Assembly (NCBI GenBank): GCA_038243585.1
Contig: JBBSQY010000024.1
Coordinates: 1 to 47,009, forward strand
DNA length: 47,009 bases
Direction: 5' to 3'
Origin: Candidatus Sumerlaeales bacterium
Lineage (GTDB): Bacteria; Sumerlaeota; Sumerlaeia; Sumerlaeales; Sumerlaeaceae
Below, piece after piece: positions 46,633-47,009 of this stretch. The translations under genes were made by a program, and so were the position numbers. Within the stretch, counting starts at the first letter, position 1; each line of letters opens with the position of its first letter. Below the pieces are notes generated by a model. The model saw nothing but the letters and a program-made list of their open reading frames with translations, had not been told where the DNA came from and did no database searches.

Positions 46633-47009
46633 TTAAGACTGAGGCCAAAGCAGTTTGAAGCTTTCCGGCTTCACTGCAATGCCGCGGGCGGCGAGTTGCG
46701 CCTTGGCGGTATCTGTGGCGGTCCCGCTGATCCATAACTCCAGCGGATTGTTTCCCAATTCGCGCCGAATGTTTGAAAATCCGATGTCGACCTTCGCGTT
46801 CCAATAAAGATGCTCCAGCGGCGTGAACACGTAGGAAACGCCGTCGGCGTCGGACCATACTGCCGTGTCTGCCACAAACTTAACCGCCACCAGAGGCTTC
46901 CGCGAACGGTGAAACTGTTCCGCCATCTGGATCTGAGTCTGCGCAAGAAGCACTGATTCCGGCCCCTGTGCCGGTGGAAGCGCTTCTAAAACGCCGCAAA
47001 CGTTTTTCA
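46633..47009 (-). CDS. Hypothetical protein; 3' end only, frame open to the right edge
   Basis: No stop in this minus-strand frame up to the window end; ends ...PLEHLYW...ELWISGTATDTAKAQL.ARG. Confidence 0.6.
   Translation of the reverse strand, partial: KNVCGVLEALPPAQGPESVLLAQTQIQMAEQFHRSRKPLVAVKFVADTAVWSDADGVSYVFTPLEHLYWNAKVDIGFSNIRRELGNNPLELWISGTATDTAKAQLAARGIAVKPESFKLLWPQS

Overview
Mostly coding bacterial chromosomal window of roughly 50-60% GC (judged by eye). It mixes housekeeping genes (M32 carboxypeptidase fragment, cysE, kdgK-like kinase, ilvE, rfaE2, gatC, aspS, queA, lpdA, bioB) with many large exported or surface proteins. No rRNA, tRNA, CRISPR array or intact transposase is visible. 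The style of the exported proteins and the pilin-like gene suggests a diderm such as Ca. Sumerlaeota (BRC1); this is inference from recalled family traits, not a search. Main leads: (1) three unrelated signal-peptide proteins share a terminal V-x-[GDE]-W-x-x-Y motif with no transmembrane helix, a candidate undescribed sorting or secretion signal; (2) one of them sits in a three-gene cassette of Cys-rich/poly-Pro leader-like protein, His-tipped LamG-like protein and pseudopilin, which may be metal-responsive; (3) a stand-alone PcrA/UvrD Tudor domain is fused to an acidic tail resembling that of the RNA polymerase delta subunit; (4) a ~135-nt three-hairpin RNA upstream of ilvE carries a 16S-like anti-Shine-Dalgarno loop; (5) three sigma54-type promoters precede exported stress-type genes.
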